Source of the DNA: Thermoplasmata archaeon
Lineage (GTDB): Archaea; Thermoplasmatota; Thermoplasmata; Lutacidiplasmatales; UBA184
DNA: 64,000 bases
Assembly (NCBI GenBank): GCA_021806135.1
Contig: JAJZYB010000004.1
Coordinates: forward strand, 7,686 to 71,685
Reading direction: 5' to 3'
Below are positions 10,430 to 19,889 of this stretch, in pieces (the first letter of the stretch is position 1; each line of letters begins with the position of its first letter). Both the position numbers and the translations under genes were made by a program. The notes under the pieces are model-generated. The model ran no database searches, had not been told where the DNA came from, and saw only the letters and a list, made by a program, of their open reading frames with translations.

Positions 10430-11536
10430 ATGGCCGACACGCCGGCATTTTGCGTGGTCTGCGGCACGGAGGAGGGACCCTTCGAGGGCCCGCTCTGCGT
10501 CCGTTGCTGGGGGCAGCAGGCCCCACTCCTAGAACTCCCTGGCCGGATCTCCCGGGTCTTCTGTCCCATGTGCGGGGCCCGCCAGGTGGGGCGCCACTGG
10601 GAGAGGGTAACCCCCCCGGGAACGCTCACCGGGAGCGATCTGGCCCGGGAGCTCCGGCTACGACCAGGGATCAACCTGGTGGACGTGCGGTGGACTCAAG
10701 AGACGGAAGACCCGCTCCTCCGGCGGCTCACGGCGACCGCCACCCTGGAGCTCAAGGGGACCCGGTGGGAGGCCGAGTGCTCCACCGAGGTCCACGTGGT
10801 CTACCACGTCTGCCCGGAATGCAGCCGGCGCCAGGGTCATTTCTACACGGCGCAGCTCCAACTGAGGGGCTCGGAGGAAGGGAGCCTGCGGTCCGGCGCC
10901 GCCCTGCGGGCGTGGGCGCACCTCCAGTGGGAAAACCATCTGCGCGGGGCCTCGGAGAGCGTCCGGCGGGCGGTGAGCTTCGAACAGGAGCTCAAGGAGG
11001 GCTGGGACATCTTCTTCTCGTCCACCCCCGAGGCTCGCTCCGCGGCCCGGGGCTTCCGGGAGCGTTTCGGGGCCGGCTACCTGGAGAGCGCCTCGCTCTA
11101 CAGCCGGAAAGGCGGTGAGGACATCTACCGGGTCACCTTCCTCCTGCGGCTCCCCCCCGCCGGCCCGGGCGATTATGTGGAGCGGGAGGAGCGGCTCTAT
11201 CGGATCCGCCACGTGGACCCCCGGGGGCCGGTGGAGATGATCGATGCCCAGTACGGCGCCAAGCAGGTGATCTCCCGGGAGGAACTGACCCAGGCGCGCC
11301 TGATCTGTGGCCCGGAGGGGGTCGGGATACGGGAAGTACACTTCCCTGCGGAGGGGAGACCCTTCCTCCACCCAGGGGACGGGTCCCGGGAGGTCTCCCT
11401 GCGGGGGCGGCTGCCGGACCGGCCGGCGACGGAGGGGGTCGGGGAGTTCCCGGTGGCGCTGGGCGCCCGCCAGGCCTGGTGGCTGCCGGCGAAGAACCCG
11501 CCCCGGCGTGCCCATCCCCCGGGCCTGGAGCGGTAG
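10430..11536 (+). CDS. NMD3-family protein (archaeal homologue of the 60S export adaptor)
   Basis: It has four N-terminal Cys pairs (FCVVCG...CVRCWG...CPMCG...CPECSRRQGHFY) followed by an NMD3-like body. The ATG at 10430 is in frame with the longer track ORF 9761..11536. Confidence 0.6.
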   Translation: MADTPAFCVVCGTEEGPFEGPLCVRCWGQQAPLLELPGRISRVFCPMCGARQVGRHWERVTPPGTLTGSDLARELRLRPGINLVDVRWTQETEDPLLRRLTATATLELKGTRWEAECSTEVHVVYHVCPECSRRQGHFYTAQLQLRGSEEGSLRSGAALRAWAHLQWENHLRGASESVRRAVSFEQELKEGWDIFFSSTPEARSAARGFRERFGAGYLESASLYSRKGGEDIYRVTFLLRLPPAGPGDYVEREERLYRIRHVDPRGPVEMIDAQYGAKQVISREELTQARLICGPEGVGIREVHFPAEGRPFLHPGDGSREVSLRGRLPDRPATEGVGEFPVALGARQAWWLPAKNPPRRAHPPGLER

Positions 11537-11579
11537 GCTTAAGAGAGCCTCCGAAGTCCTCTTTCCCACGGATAGGACC

Positions 11580-11957
11580 ATGTTCCGAAAGCCCATTCTC
11601 CGCCGGCACCAGGACGATACCCTCGAAGACGGCAGTTTCCTCGACCTGGGGGCCATGCACTTTGAGGACGAGGCGTCGGCCATGAACGCGGCCAAGGCCA
11701 CCGTCCGGGTGGCCGAGATCTTCCGGTTCGAGGAACTCCACGCCCTCTCCAAGTACGCCTACCAGGGCGACATCGTGCTCCTCGACTACACCTCCCTTTC
11801 CAACGACCAGGTGGCCGTGAACCGCCTGAACTCGGAGTTGAAGAACGTGGTCCGGGACACCGGGGGAGATGTGGCGGGCGTGTCGAAGAACCTGCTCGCC
11901 CTGACGCCCGCCGGGATCAAGGTGGACCGCCACAAGCTCCGGCCAGAGGGCCTCTAA
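11580..11957 (+). CDS. sepF: SepF-like cell-division protein (DUF552)
   Basis: The C-terminal core GDIVLLDYTSLSNDQVAVNRLNSELKNVVRDTGGDVAGVSKNLLALTPAGIKVD aligns with the bacterial SepF core (...VVNLQ...GGDIQRIG..IFL.TP..V.V). Confidence 0.6.
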   Translation: MFRKPILRRHQDDTLEDGSFLDLGAMHFEDEASAMNAAKATVRVAEIFRFEELHALSKYAYQGDIVLLDYTSLSNDQVAVNRLNSELKNVVRDTGGDVAGVSKNLLALTPAGIKVDRHKLRPEGL

Positions 11958-12036
11958 ACGCCCTTTCGCCCCTCGTCCGTCCCGCCGGGCCCCCCACCGG
12001 GGGGCTAAATCCCCTTGGTGTCTCCCCGACCCTGCC

Positions 12037-13566
12037 ATGAAGCTCGAGGCGGTTCGTGCCGAAGCGTGGGATCTGGAGGACGTGGAAGCTGTGGTGGTGG
12101 GGCTCACCGAACGCTCCGGCCCTGAACCTGCGCTCCCTCGCTCGCTCGGACCGGACGACCAGAAGGTCGGCGGATATCTCAAGCGGGCCGTGGCACGGGG
12201 GGAGATCCGGGGAAAACGAGGGGAGCTCCACGTGGTGCCTCTCCCGGGGCTGGACCGGCGGTTGATCGTGGCCGGGTTGGGACCCGATCGCTCCCTGGAT
12301 GCCGAGGAACTGCGCCGGGTCGCCGGTAGTGTGGTCCGACAGGCCCGGGGCCGCCGCCTGAGGTCGCTGGCCTTCCGGCTCCCGCTCTTCACCCAGGGGC
12401 GCGTGGACCCCGCGGACGCCGCGTCGGCCATGGCGGAAGGGTGCCGCCTGGCCCTCTACGAGTTCACCCGGTTCAAACCTACGGAGACCCCGGGAACCGT
12501 GGAGCGGGTGGTCCTCGCCTTGGGTCCCGAGCAGGGACGGCTTCTTGCCCGGGTCCGGGGGAACCTGGAGACGGCCGGGAAGCTCTCCGAAGCAGTGGTC
12601 TGGGCCCGGGACATCGGGAACCTGCCCGCGAACGTGGCGAGCCCTGCCTTCCTCGCGGAGCAGGCCCGGGCCATGGGCAAGGAGTTCGGATTGAAGGTGA
12701 CCGTCTACGACGAGCAGCAGCTGGCCGAGATGGGCTGCGGCGGTCTCTTGGCCGTGGGCGGAGGGTCGTCGACCCATCCCCCCCGGATGGTGGTCGTGGA
12801 GTACCCGGGACAGGGAGGGGCCCGGAGCCGGACCGTGGGCGTGGTGGGGAAGGGGATCACCTTCGACTCCGGGGGGATCTCCATCAAGCCGGCCATCCAC
12901 ATGTCGGACATGAAGTTCGACAAATCCGGTGCCGTGGCCGTCCTGGGCATCCTCCGGGCGGCGGCGGCGCTGAAGGTCCGCCCCCGGGTGATCGGGGTCC
13001 TCTGCTGTGCGGAGAACGTCCCATCCGGGAGCTCTTACCGCCCGGGGGACGTGGTGCGGACGTTCGGGGGCAAGACCATCGAGGTGCTCAACACGGACGC
13101 CGAGGGCCGGGTGGCGCTCTCCGACGGTCTTTCGTGGTTGAACGCCACCCATCACCCCGACATCATCATCGACCTGGCCACTCTCACGGGGGCCTGCGTG
13201 ACCGCGCTGGGGTTCGATTCGGCGGGACTCTTCGCCACCGACGACGGTTTGGCCCGCGCGTTGCTCGCCTCGGGTGAGGCCACCGGGGAGCGGCTCTGGC
13301 GTATGCCGCTCAAGCCCGTGCATCACGAGATGGTCCGCAGCGACGTGGCGGACGTGAAGAACTCCCTGGAGGCTCCCCTGGCGGGGGCCATCACGGCGGC
13401 GGCCTTCCTCCACACCTTCGTGGGGGATACCCCGTGGGCCCACCTGGACATCGCCGGAACGGCCTACGTGGGGAGCGGAGCGGCGCGCTTCGCCCCGTCC
13501 TACGCGTCCTCGGGGTTCGTGGGCTTCGGCATCCGGCTCCTCGCGGACTACCTGAAGGGGCTCTGA
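12037..13566 (+). CDS. pepA: leucyl aminopeptidase (M17 family)
   Basis: The M17 signature NTDAEGRVALSDG is present, along with GKGITFDSGGISIK and a metal-ligand region. Confidence 0.9.
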   Translation: MKLEAVRAEAWDLEDVEAVVVGLTERSGPEPALPRSLGPDDQKVGGYLKRAVARGEIRGKRGELHVVPLPGLDRRLIVAGLGPDRSLDAEELRRVAGSVVRQARGRRLRSLAFRLPLFTQGRVDPADAASAMAEGCRLALYEFTRFKPTETPGTVERVVLALGPEQGRLLARVRGNLETAGKLSEAVVWARDIGNLPANVASPAFLAEQARAMGKEFGLKVTVYDEQQLAEMGCGGLLAVGGGSSTHPPRMVVVEYPGQGGARSRTVGVVGKGITFDSGGISIKPAIHMSDMKFDKSGAVAVLGILRAAAALKVRPRVIGVLCCAENVPSGSSYRPGDVVRTFGGKTIEVLNTDAEGRVALSDGLSWLNATHHPDIIIDLATLTGACVTALGFDSAGLFATDDGLARALLASGEATGERLWRMPLKPVHHEMVRSDVADVKNSLEAPLAGAITAAAFLHTFVGDTPWAHLDIAGTAYVGSGAARFAPSYASSGFVGFGIRLLADYLKGL

Positions 13567-13574
13567 GGCCGGTC

Positions 13575-15041
13575 TCAGGAGTTCGGGACGATCTTGATCG
13601 ACTCGCCCCCGTGCCGGCTCGCCCGGGGACGGACCTCGCAGAAGAGGGGGGTGGTGAACCCACCGCCGGTGACCAGGCAGGTGCCGATGGGGAGCCCCTG
13701 GATGATCTCGGTCATCCCATCGGTGAGCCCTTCGATGCTCTGGGCGATGGCCCGGACGTCGAGCGGGTTGGTGACCTGAAGGATCAGCTGGGCGGCGCAC
13801 TGGGAGAGGACGCTCTTGTCCACCCGCGCCGGCCGCTGGCTCACCACGCAGAGCCCGAGGCCGAACTTCCGCCCCTCGCTGGCGATGGTCTTGAGGATCC
13901 GGGAGGAGAGCGCCTGGCCTTGCTGGGGGCAGAAATTGTGCGCCTCCTCGAGGACCAGGAAGAGGGGGGGGATCTTCCCCCGCTTCCGCTGGTCGAAGAA
14001 GCTGGTGGCCACCCGGGTCACGATGAGCTCCTGCACGTCCGGCGCCACGCCGCGCAGGTTCAGGATGGTCATCTTCCCCTGGACCACCAGCTCGGTGAGG
14101 CTGGTCCCCTTCGGGGCCAACAGCCGGGTCTCGTCGATGTATTCGAGGCGTTGGGCGATGGCCTCGAAGAGCGCTCCCCCATCCTCCCGTCCCCTCGCGA
14201 GCCGGATGAGGTCCTTGACCGTGTAGTCCTCGGCGCCCTGGCTGGCCTCGTCCAGGAGGGATTTCATGGGGGCCACATACCCCCGGACGTTGGTGATCCC
14301 CAGGAAGAGGAGGAGCTCCCGGGCATCCAGGTGTCCGAGGGAGAAGGTCAGCGGGCGTGCCTCGGCATTGAGCTTGGTGTCCGGGGAGAACTCCTGCACC
14401 TGCTCCCGGAACGACTGGGGTTCCACGTGGAAGCGTTCGGCCCTCTCCTTGGGGATGTGCTCGGTCTTGTAGCGGATGCTCCCGTACTCGCCGTGCGGGT
14501 CGATGATGATGCAGGTGACCCTGTGGCGGAGGAACTCCTCCAAGAGCACGCCCACCAGGTAGCTCTTCCCCCCGCCGGTCTTCGCGAGCACGCTCACATG
14601 GCGCTGGACCAAGGCGTTGATGTCCAGTTCCACCTTGAGGTCGTGTCCCCGGAGCAGCCCGAGGTAGGCGCCGGCGTTCCCGTTGGTCTTGAGGCCGAGG
14701 ACCTCGGCGATGAGGGGCTCCTGGGCCCGGTGGACGGTGGCTCCCGGGGCGAACGGGATCTGGGGGACCCGGATGAGCCCGCCCTCCCGGTAACCGAGGA
14801 TCCGAGCCTTGCCGTAGAAGGACTCCTGCACGTCCACGGAGCCGCCGTGGACCATCTCGGTGGCCTTCTCCAGGCTCAGGTCGCTCCGGCGCTGCACGTC
14901 GTCGAGCTGGCAGAGGACATCGCGTTCGCCCTCGTCCTTCACGGAGAGGTACTCTCCCCGTTCCAGGGGATGGGCGAGGGTCAGGCGGAACGCGCCGAGG
15001 CCGACGTCCCCATAGATCCGGCCCACCACCTCCCCCGGCAT
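13575..15041 (-). CDS. HerA/FtsK-like ATPase (DUF87 family)
   Basis: Walker A is VLAKTGGGKSY and Walker B is FLVLEEAHNF. An N-terminal barrel-like region precedes the ATPase. A TATA-like gctttatcgg on the minus strand lies about 30-40 nt upstream at 15071-15080. Confidence 0.75.
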   Translation of the reverse strand: MPGEVVGRIYGDVGLGAFRLTLAHPLERGEYLSVKDEGERDVLCQLDDVQRRSDLSLEKATEMVHGGSVDVQESFYGKARILGYREGGLIRVPQIPFAPGATVHRAQEPLIAEVLGLKTNGNAGAYLGLLRGHDLKVELDINALVQRHVSVLAKTGGGKSYLVGVLLEEFLRHRVTCIIIDPHGEYGSIRYKTEHIPKERAERFHVEPQSFREQVQEFSPDTKLNAEARPLTFSLGHLDARELLLFLGITNVRGYVAPMKSLLDEASQGAEDYTVKDLIRLARGREDGGALFEAIAQRLEYIDETRLLAPKGTSLTELVVQGKMTILNLRGVAPDVQELIVTRVATSFFDQRKRGKIPPLFLVLEEAHNFCPQQGQALSSRILKTIASEGRKFGLGLCVVSQRPARVDKSVLSQCAAQLILQVTNPLDVRAIAQSIEGLTDGMTEIIQGLPIGTCLVTGGGFTTPLFCEVRPRASRHGGESIKIVPNS

Positions 15042-15225
15042 GCTGGCCAGTCCTGGGGAGCCAAGCTCCGCTCCCCGATAAAGCCGTGACGTTCCACGGG
15101 GCCCTGGAGGCGCTCAGCGGACACCCGGTTCGAGGGGGGACGCGACCACGGCCAAGCCTTTATATGCCCTCGAGAAGGTGAACGACCGTCTTCTTGGCGG
15201 CGCGCCCCGCTCGGGCGCAGGTTCG

Positions 15226-16083
15226 ATGGCGGACGCGACAGAGGAACTCGAGAAAAAGCGCACGGAGGCGAACCGACGCGCCGACCAGTTCCGCGATGAG
15301 CGGGACCGCTTGAACTCCGAGGCCCGGCAATGGGCCGACAAGCGCATGGCCATCATTGACGAGCTCCGGGCCAAGAGCTCGGAGGCCCAGGCGCACCGGC
15401 ACGAGCGCGATGCGTTGAACGAGGGGGTCCGGGAGGAGAAGCGGGCCCGGGACGAGGCCAACCGCCAGTTCGAGACCCTGGCAGAGAAGGTCTCGGAACT
15501 CAAGCGGACCCGGCAGGCCCGCAGCGGGGGCATGCCCCTCTGGCGGCTCCGCAAGGAGCTCAAGGAACTGGAGTTCCGCCACATGACCAGCTCGCTCTCG
15601 AAGGAGGCCGAGACGCGCCTCCTGGGAGAGATCCAGCGCCTCCAGAAGGAGATCCGGACCCAGGAGGAGAGCTTCCATCAGGACCCCGAGGTCGATGGGG
15701 CCATGCGGGAGACGGAGGCCGCCCGGCAGGCGGCCGAGGAGCATCACCACCGGGTGGGCGAGCTCGCGGAACGGGCCCAGCGAGAGCATGAGCTCATGGT
15801 CCAGCTCTTCGAGGAGGTGGACCGCCTCCGGCGGGAGGCCGATGAGGTGCAGGCGAAGCTCCTCGAGGTCAAGACCGCCAGCGACCAGGCCCACCAGGCC
15901 CACATCCAGGCCATCGAAGAGGTGCGGGACCTGGAGAAGATGCTCCATGCGGCCCGGGCCCGGGCCCTAGGTCAACCCGAGGTGGAGGAACCCCCGAAGG
16001 AGGAAGACCTGTTCGCCCGGTTCAAGAAGGGAGGCAAGATCTCCACCGAGGACCTCATGGCCCTCCAGAAGAGCCCCCGGTGA
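15226..16083 (+). CDS. archaeal coiled-coil protein (COG1340-like)
   Basis: About 285 aa of heptad-rich E/R/K/A/L sequence (ELEKKRTEANRRADQFRDERDRLNSEARQW...). The ATG at 15226 is preferred over the track start 15178 because the TATA-like ctttatatg at 15152-15162 lies only 16 nt before 15178. Confidence 0.55.
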   Translation: MADATEELEKKRTEANRRADQFRDERDRLNSEARQWADKRMAIIDELRAKSSEAQAHRHERDALNEGVREEKRARDEANRQFETLAEKVSELKRTRQARSGGMPLWRLRKELKELEFRHMTSSLSKEAETRLLGEIQRLQKEIRTQEESFHQDPEVDGAMRETEAARQAAEEHHHRVGELAERAQREHELMVQLFEEVDRLRREADEVQAKLLEVKTASDQAHQAHIQAIEEVRDLEKMLHAARARALGQPEVEEPPKEEDLFARFKKGGKISTEDLMALQKSPR

Positions 16084-16145
16084 GAGGCAGGGGCCTTTCA
16101 TGGGGGGAGGTTTAATACTCGTGGAAAGGTGATGAAGGTACGAGC

Positions 16146-16547
16146 ATGCGATGGGTGAAGGTCAGCCAGGAGGAACTGGCCAAGATCAAGGACCTCTACG
16201 AGGGGGTCATGTCCCACGCCTGTCACGGGCTGTTCTTCCGGGAGGGTGCCGTGCTCGGCGCGGACCTGGCGGACGAGGGCCTCCATGACCGCACCCGGTA
16301 CTTCCCCACGGTCGCCGATATGCTTAAGTCCAGGGGGTGGGTCGAGGATATTCAGTTCTCGGACCAGGCAATCACTGCCCGAGGCAGCGTGGAGGTAGTC
16401 CAGAGTGACATCCCTACCTGTCACCGGCTCCGAGGGATCATCCGGGAGGTCTATGAACGGTACCGAGGGACCCGGGTCAATTGTACCGAAGAGGAGTGCG
16501 CCAGCCTGGGCAAGGACCAGTGCAAATTTATCATCGAGGAGATCTGA
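16146..16547 (+). CDS. V4R-domain protein (4-vinyl reductase-like small-molecule-binding domain)
   Basis: The C-terminal signature CASLGKDQCKFIIEEI is the V4R C..G...C.F.I motif. A TATA-like ggtttaatactc lies about 30 nt upstream. Confidence 0.6.
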   Translation: MRWVKVSQEELAKIKDLYEGVMSHACHGLFFREGAVLGADLADEGLHDRTRYFPTVADMLKSRGWVEDIQFSDQAITARGSVEVVQSDIPTCHRLRGIIREVYERYRGTRVNCTEEECASLGKDQCKFIIEEI

Positions 16548-16563
16548 TTGAGGGGAGGGAAGG

Positions 16564-16923
16564 ATGATGGCGGCAGGTAACGTGGGGGCGGTCATCAAGG
16601 ATCTGAAGGGCCGCATCGGGGCGATCGCCTGTGCCCTCGTCTCCCGGGACGGTCTGGTCCTGTACGCCGATGTCCCTGCCGGGGTCTACACGGAGACCTT
16701 CGCCATCATGTGCGCCACGATCCTGGGGGCCGCGGCCACCGCCAACACGGAGTTGAACCGCTCCCCTCCCGAGCGGATCGTCATCGAGGGGACGGATTCC
16801 CGGACCCTCATCGTGGGAAGCGGGAAGAAGGCGCTCCTGGTGGCCGTGGTCGACCAGGGCCAGGACACGTCCCGGATCCTGGACGAGGTCATCAAGGTGG
16901 CCGACCAGGTCACCTCGGGCTGA
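16564..16923 (+). CDS. Roadblock/LC7 (MglB-like) domain protein
   Basis: GAIACALVSRDGLVLYAD...ALLVAVVDQGQD matches the Roadblock fold pattern. An SD-like GGGAGGGAAGG lies just upstream. Confidence 0.65.
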   Translation: MMAAGNVGAVIKDLKGRIGAIACALVSRDGLVLYADVPAGVYTETFAIMCATILGAAATANTELNRSPPERIVIEGTDSRTLIVGSGKKALLVAVVDQGQDTSRILDEVIKVADQVTSG

Positions 16924-16952
16924 TCGCCCACCGACCTGGCCCCGACCGGTCC

Positions 16953-17840
16953 TCAGGCCTCCTGGGGCCGGTCCGAGCGGTTCGTCCCTGGCGACTCCGG
17001 AGGGATCCGCCGATCCGCTCCCAGAGCCGTCAACAACCGGGTGAAGTATCCCGCCAGCGCGGCCGCGAGCCGGGCGTAGGCGAGAGGAGAGCGCTGGCTC
17101 TGGAGCATCTGCCGGTAGCGGTAGTGGGCCCAGAGCAGCCCGTGCTTCTCCGTCAGTTGCTTCCTCCCGTACCCATTCCAGAACGCCTGGAGGAGGAACC
17201 GGGGCAGGGTGGCCCGCATCTGGTGGAGCACCCGGGCCTCCGGGGCGTAGACGATGGTCGCCCCGGCCCGGACCGCACGGAGGTTCAGGTCGATGTCCTC
17301 CGCCGTGACGAACCGGTCATCGAAGCCCCCCAGCCGGTCGAAGAGGTCCCGGTGATATCCCAGATTGCAGCTGGGGTAGGTCACGTCCTTCCCGCTCTGG
17401 TAGAGCTCCACCCGCTCCAACCGGGAGAACGCCCGGGTACCGGTCGCGGCGGTCCTTCCGGCAGCCACCGGGGCCTGGGAGAGCGCCTCGCGCATCCGGG
17501 CGAGCCAGCCGGTCTGCGCGATGCAGTCCCCGTCGATGAAGACCACGGCCGATCCCCGCGCATGCTGGACCCCGAGATTCCTCCCCGCCCCCCGGTGCCC
17601 CCGCTCACGGAAGAGCTGGAAGAGCTCGGGGTAGCGGGAGCGGTACTCCTCGGCAATGGCCCAGGTCCGGTCCGTGCTCAACGCGTCGACCAGGACGATC
17701 TCGAATGGAGGCTCTTGGGAGACCAGGCTCTCCAACAGGGAGGCCAGATGGGCCTCCTCGTTGCGGACCGTGATGACGATGGAGAGGAAGGGGAAAGGTT
17801 CGCGGGCCTCACTTGGGGGCAAGTTCCATGACCACCACAT
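16953..17840 (-). CDS. family 2 glycosyltransferase
   Basis: LSIVITVRNEEAHL, the DxD motif VFIDGDC and a GT-A fold identify it. Confidence 0.85.
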   Translation of the reverse strand: MWWSWNLPPSEAREPFPFLSIVITVRNEEAHLASLLESLVSQEPPFEIVLVDALSTDRTWAIAEEYRSRYPELFQLFRERGHRGAGRNLGVQHARGSAVVFIDGDCIAQTGWLARMREALSQAPVAAGRTAATGTRAFSRLERVELYQSGKDVTYPSCNLGYHRDLFDRLGGFDDRFVTAEDIDLNLRAVRAGATIVYAPEARVLHQMRATLPRFLLQAFWNGYGRKQLTEKHGLLWAHYRYRQMLQSQRSPLAYARLAAALAGYFTRLLTALGADRRIPPESPGTNRSDRPQEA

Positions 17841-18054
17841 CCCGGACAGCCCGCATGCTCTTGAAGGGAAGGATGAGGCGGTTTTCGCCGTCGGTCTGGA
17901 AGAGCCGTACCTCGATCTCGTTGTTGGGCTGGACCAGGACGTGCTGGATGTTCCCCGTGGAGGTGTCCACCACGAAGTTGTCGATCATGCCGAGGATGTC
18001 CCCCTCGTGCGTCATGACGGTCTTGCCCCTGAGCTCGGTGAGAAACTTACGCAT
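17809..18054 (-). CDS. PRC-barrel domain protein
   Basis: An 80-aa protein (MRKFLTELRGKTVMTHEGDILGMIDNFVVDTSTGNIQHVLV...) overlaps the GT2 start by about 30 nt. The track places a TTG start at 18060; an ATG lies at 18054. Confidence 0.55.
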   Translation of the reverse strand: MRKFLTELRGKTVMTHEGDILGMIDNFVVDTSTGNIQHVLVQPNNEIEVRLFQTDGENRLILPFKSMRAVRDVVVMELAPK

Positions 18055-18306
18055 CTCCAAGGCCTCGATCGGTAGGAATCATTGTGGACGCTTAGATAAG
18101 CGTTGTGCGGAAGAGGACCGGCGGGTGACCGGCCCCGGAGCGGCTGCGCCGGAGGGGGATCCGGTCATGGGCAAGCCCTTCCCGGGGCCGAGGTCCCCGG
18201 CCCGGTATGCCCGGTGAGCCCCGCGGGACCGTCCTTAAGGGGGGGGACTGACCATTCGGCGAGAAACCTTAATAATCGGACCTCAGGTGGGTGGCCCTCC
18301 CCCACC

Positions 18307-18669
18307 ATGGTCCAATCATCCAAGGGTAACCCGGAGCTCCGTCGCCTCCTGCGGGAGGTTCATCGCCAGGGTCGCGGGGCCACCACCGGTCTCTGGGAGG
18401 CTGCCGAAGTCCATCTGGCCCGGTCCCGGCACCACCGGCGCCCCGTGAACGTCGGCCAGTTGGAACGGGTCGCGAAGGCCCAGGAAGTGCTGCTCGTGCC
18501 CACCAAGCTCCTCGCCTCCGGCGTGCTGACCAAGCCCCTGACGGTGGGAGCCCTCGCCTTCTCTCCCGGGGCCCGGGAGAAGATCCAGTCCGCCGGTGGG
18601 AAGGCCCTGAGCCTTTCCGAACTCCTCGCGCAGCACGGAGATGGGAAGGGGGTGAGGCTCGTTGCCTGA
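18307..18669 (+). CDS. rpl18e: ribosomal protein L18e (eL18)
   Basis: MVQSSKGNPELRRLLREVHRQG...GKALSLSELLAQ matches eL18. A TATA-like ccttaataatcgg sits at 18266-18278. Confidence 0.8.
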   Translation: MVQSSKGNPELRRLLREVHRQGRGATTGLWEAAEVHLARSRHHRRPVNVGQLERVAKAQEVLLVPTKLLASGVLTKPLTVGALAFSPGAREKIQSAGGKALSLSELLAQHGDGKGVRLVA

Positions 18670-18796
18670 AACCCCGGCCCCCAAAGCCGCCTCACGGGCC
18701 AAGCCCAGGGGCGCATCGCCGCCCGGAGGCGTTCCGGCATCGCCCGCAGCTCCCACGAACGCCCATCCGGCGCATCCTTCCCTCTCCTCCTTTCCC

Positions 18797-19225
18797 GTGA
18801 CTCCCAAGGTGATCGACGCCTCCGGGCTGGTCCTCGGGCGTGCGGCGAGCCTCATCGCCCAGCGGCTCCTGAAGGGCGAGCACGTGGTCGTGGTCAATGC
18901 CGAGAAGGCGGTGGTGGTGGGCGGCCGGGAGTCCATCCTCGCGAACTACCGGGAGAGCCGGGCCCGTGGTTCGGTCCGCAAGGGCCCGTTCTACCCGCGC
19001 CGTCCGGACCGGATCTTCCGGAGGACCGTGCGAGGCATGCTCCCGTACCGTCATGACCGGGGCCGGGAGGCGTTCCACCGGGTCATGGCGTACGTGGGCG
19101 TCCCCGGGGAGTTTGCGGCCCTTCCCCGGGAGACCCTGGAGCCGGCGCGGCTGCGCCCCTCCCTGCGGCCTCCCATGACGCTGGGCGATATCTCCCGCCT
19201 CCTGGGATCGGTGGGCCCATGGTGA
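18797..19225 (+). CDS. rpl13: ribosomal protein L13 (uL13)
   Basis: VIDASGLVLGRAASLIAQRLLKGEHVVVVNAEKAVVVG is a typical uL13 N-terminus. A GTG at 18797 is proposed; the track ATG at 18662 would add an unusual 45-aa Pro/Ala-rich N-terminal extension. Confidence 0.75.
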   Translation: MTPKVIDASGLVLGRAASLIAQRLLKGEHVVVVNAEKAVVVGGRESILANYRESRARGSVRKGPFYPRRPDRIFRRTVRGMLPYRHDRGREAFHRVMAYVGVPGEFAALPRETLEPARLRPSLRPPMTLGDISRLLGSVGPW

Positions 19226-19629
19226 GGGCCCCCGCCGCCATCCTCACGAGCGGGAAACGCAAGTCGGCCACCGCACGAGCGGTCCTCACCCGCGGTCAGG
19301 GACGGATCTGGGTGAACTCCCGGCCCCTGGAACTCCTCGATCCCCCCATCGTGCGTTCGAAGATCCAGCAGCCGTTGTACCTCCTGGGCCCCCGGGCCTC
19401 GAGCCTGGACGTCCAGATCTCCGTGAGCGGAGGAGGGGTCATGGGCCAGGCCTCGGCGGCCCGCACGGCCCTGGCCCGTGGGCTGGTGGAGTATCTGAAG
19501 GACCCCGCCCTGGCCGAGATGTTCAAGCGTTACGACCGGTCGCTCCTGGTGAACGACCCCCGCCGGAAGCTCCCGAAGCTCCCGCAGGGACGCGGGGCGC
19601 GGAAGCGCCGGCAGAAGTCCTACCGTTGA
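19219..19629 (+). CDS. rps9: ribosomal protein S9 (uS9)
   Basis: [26 protein letters not shown] and the C-terminal RKRRQKSYR identify uS9. Confidence 0.9.
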   Translation: MVRAPAAILTSGKRKSATARAVLTRGQGRIWVNSRPLELLDPPIVRSKIQQPLYLLGPRASSLDVQISVSGGGVMGQASAARTALARGLVEYLKDPALAEMFKRYDRSLLVNDPRRKLPKLPQGRGARKRRQKSYR

Positions 19630-19645
19630 GGGGGGGAACGATCCG

Positions 19646-19837
19646 ATGATGGTCCCGGTCCGATGCTTCACGTGCGGCAACGTCGTGGGCCAGTACTGGG
19701 ACACGTACCGGGAGCGCACCGCCCGGGGGGAGAAGCCGCGGAAGGTTCTGGACGAGCTGGGCCTCACCCGGTACTGCTGCCGTCGGATGATGCTGAGCCA
19801 CGTGGACCTGCTCGACGACGTCGGTCCGTACGGCTGA
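19646..19837 (+). CDS. rpoN: RNA polymerase subunit N (Rpb10 homologue)
   Basis: [21 protein letters not shown]...[16 protein letters not shown] has the CxxC...CC zinc motif. Confidence 0.9.
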   Translation: MMVPVRCFTCGNVVGQYWDTYRERTARGEKPRKVLDELGLTRYCCRRMMLSHVDLLDDVGPYG

Positions 19838-19889
19838 ACCGGCCCGACACGCCGACAAGGGGCATCCCCCGGGTGGGGTCAGCGGCCGT

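Noticed and set aside
11917-13800. The 627-aa minus-strand ORF
   Set aside because: It is antisense to the M17 aminopeptidase and is Arg/Gly/Pro low complexity.
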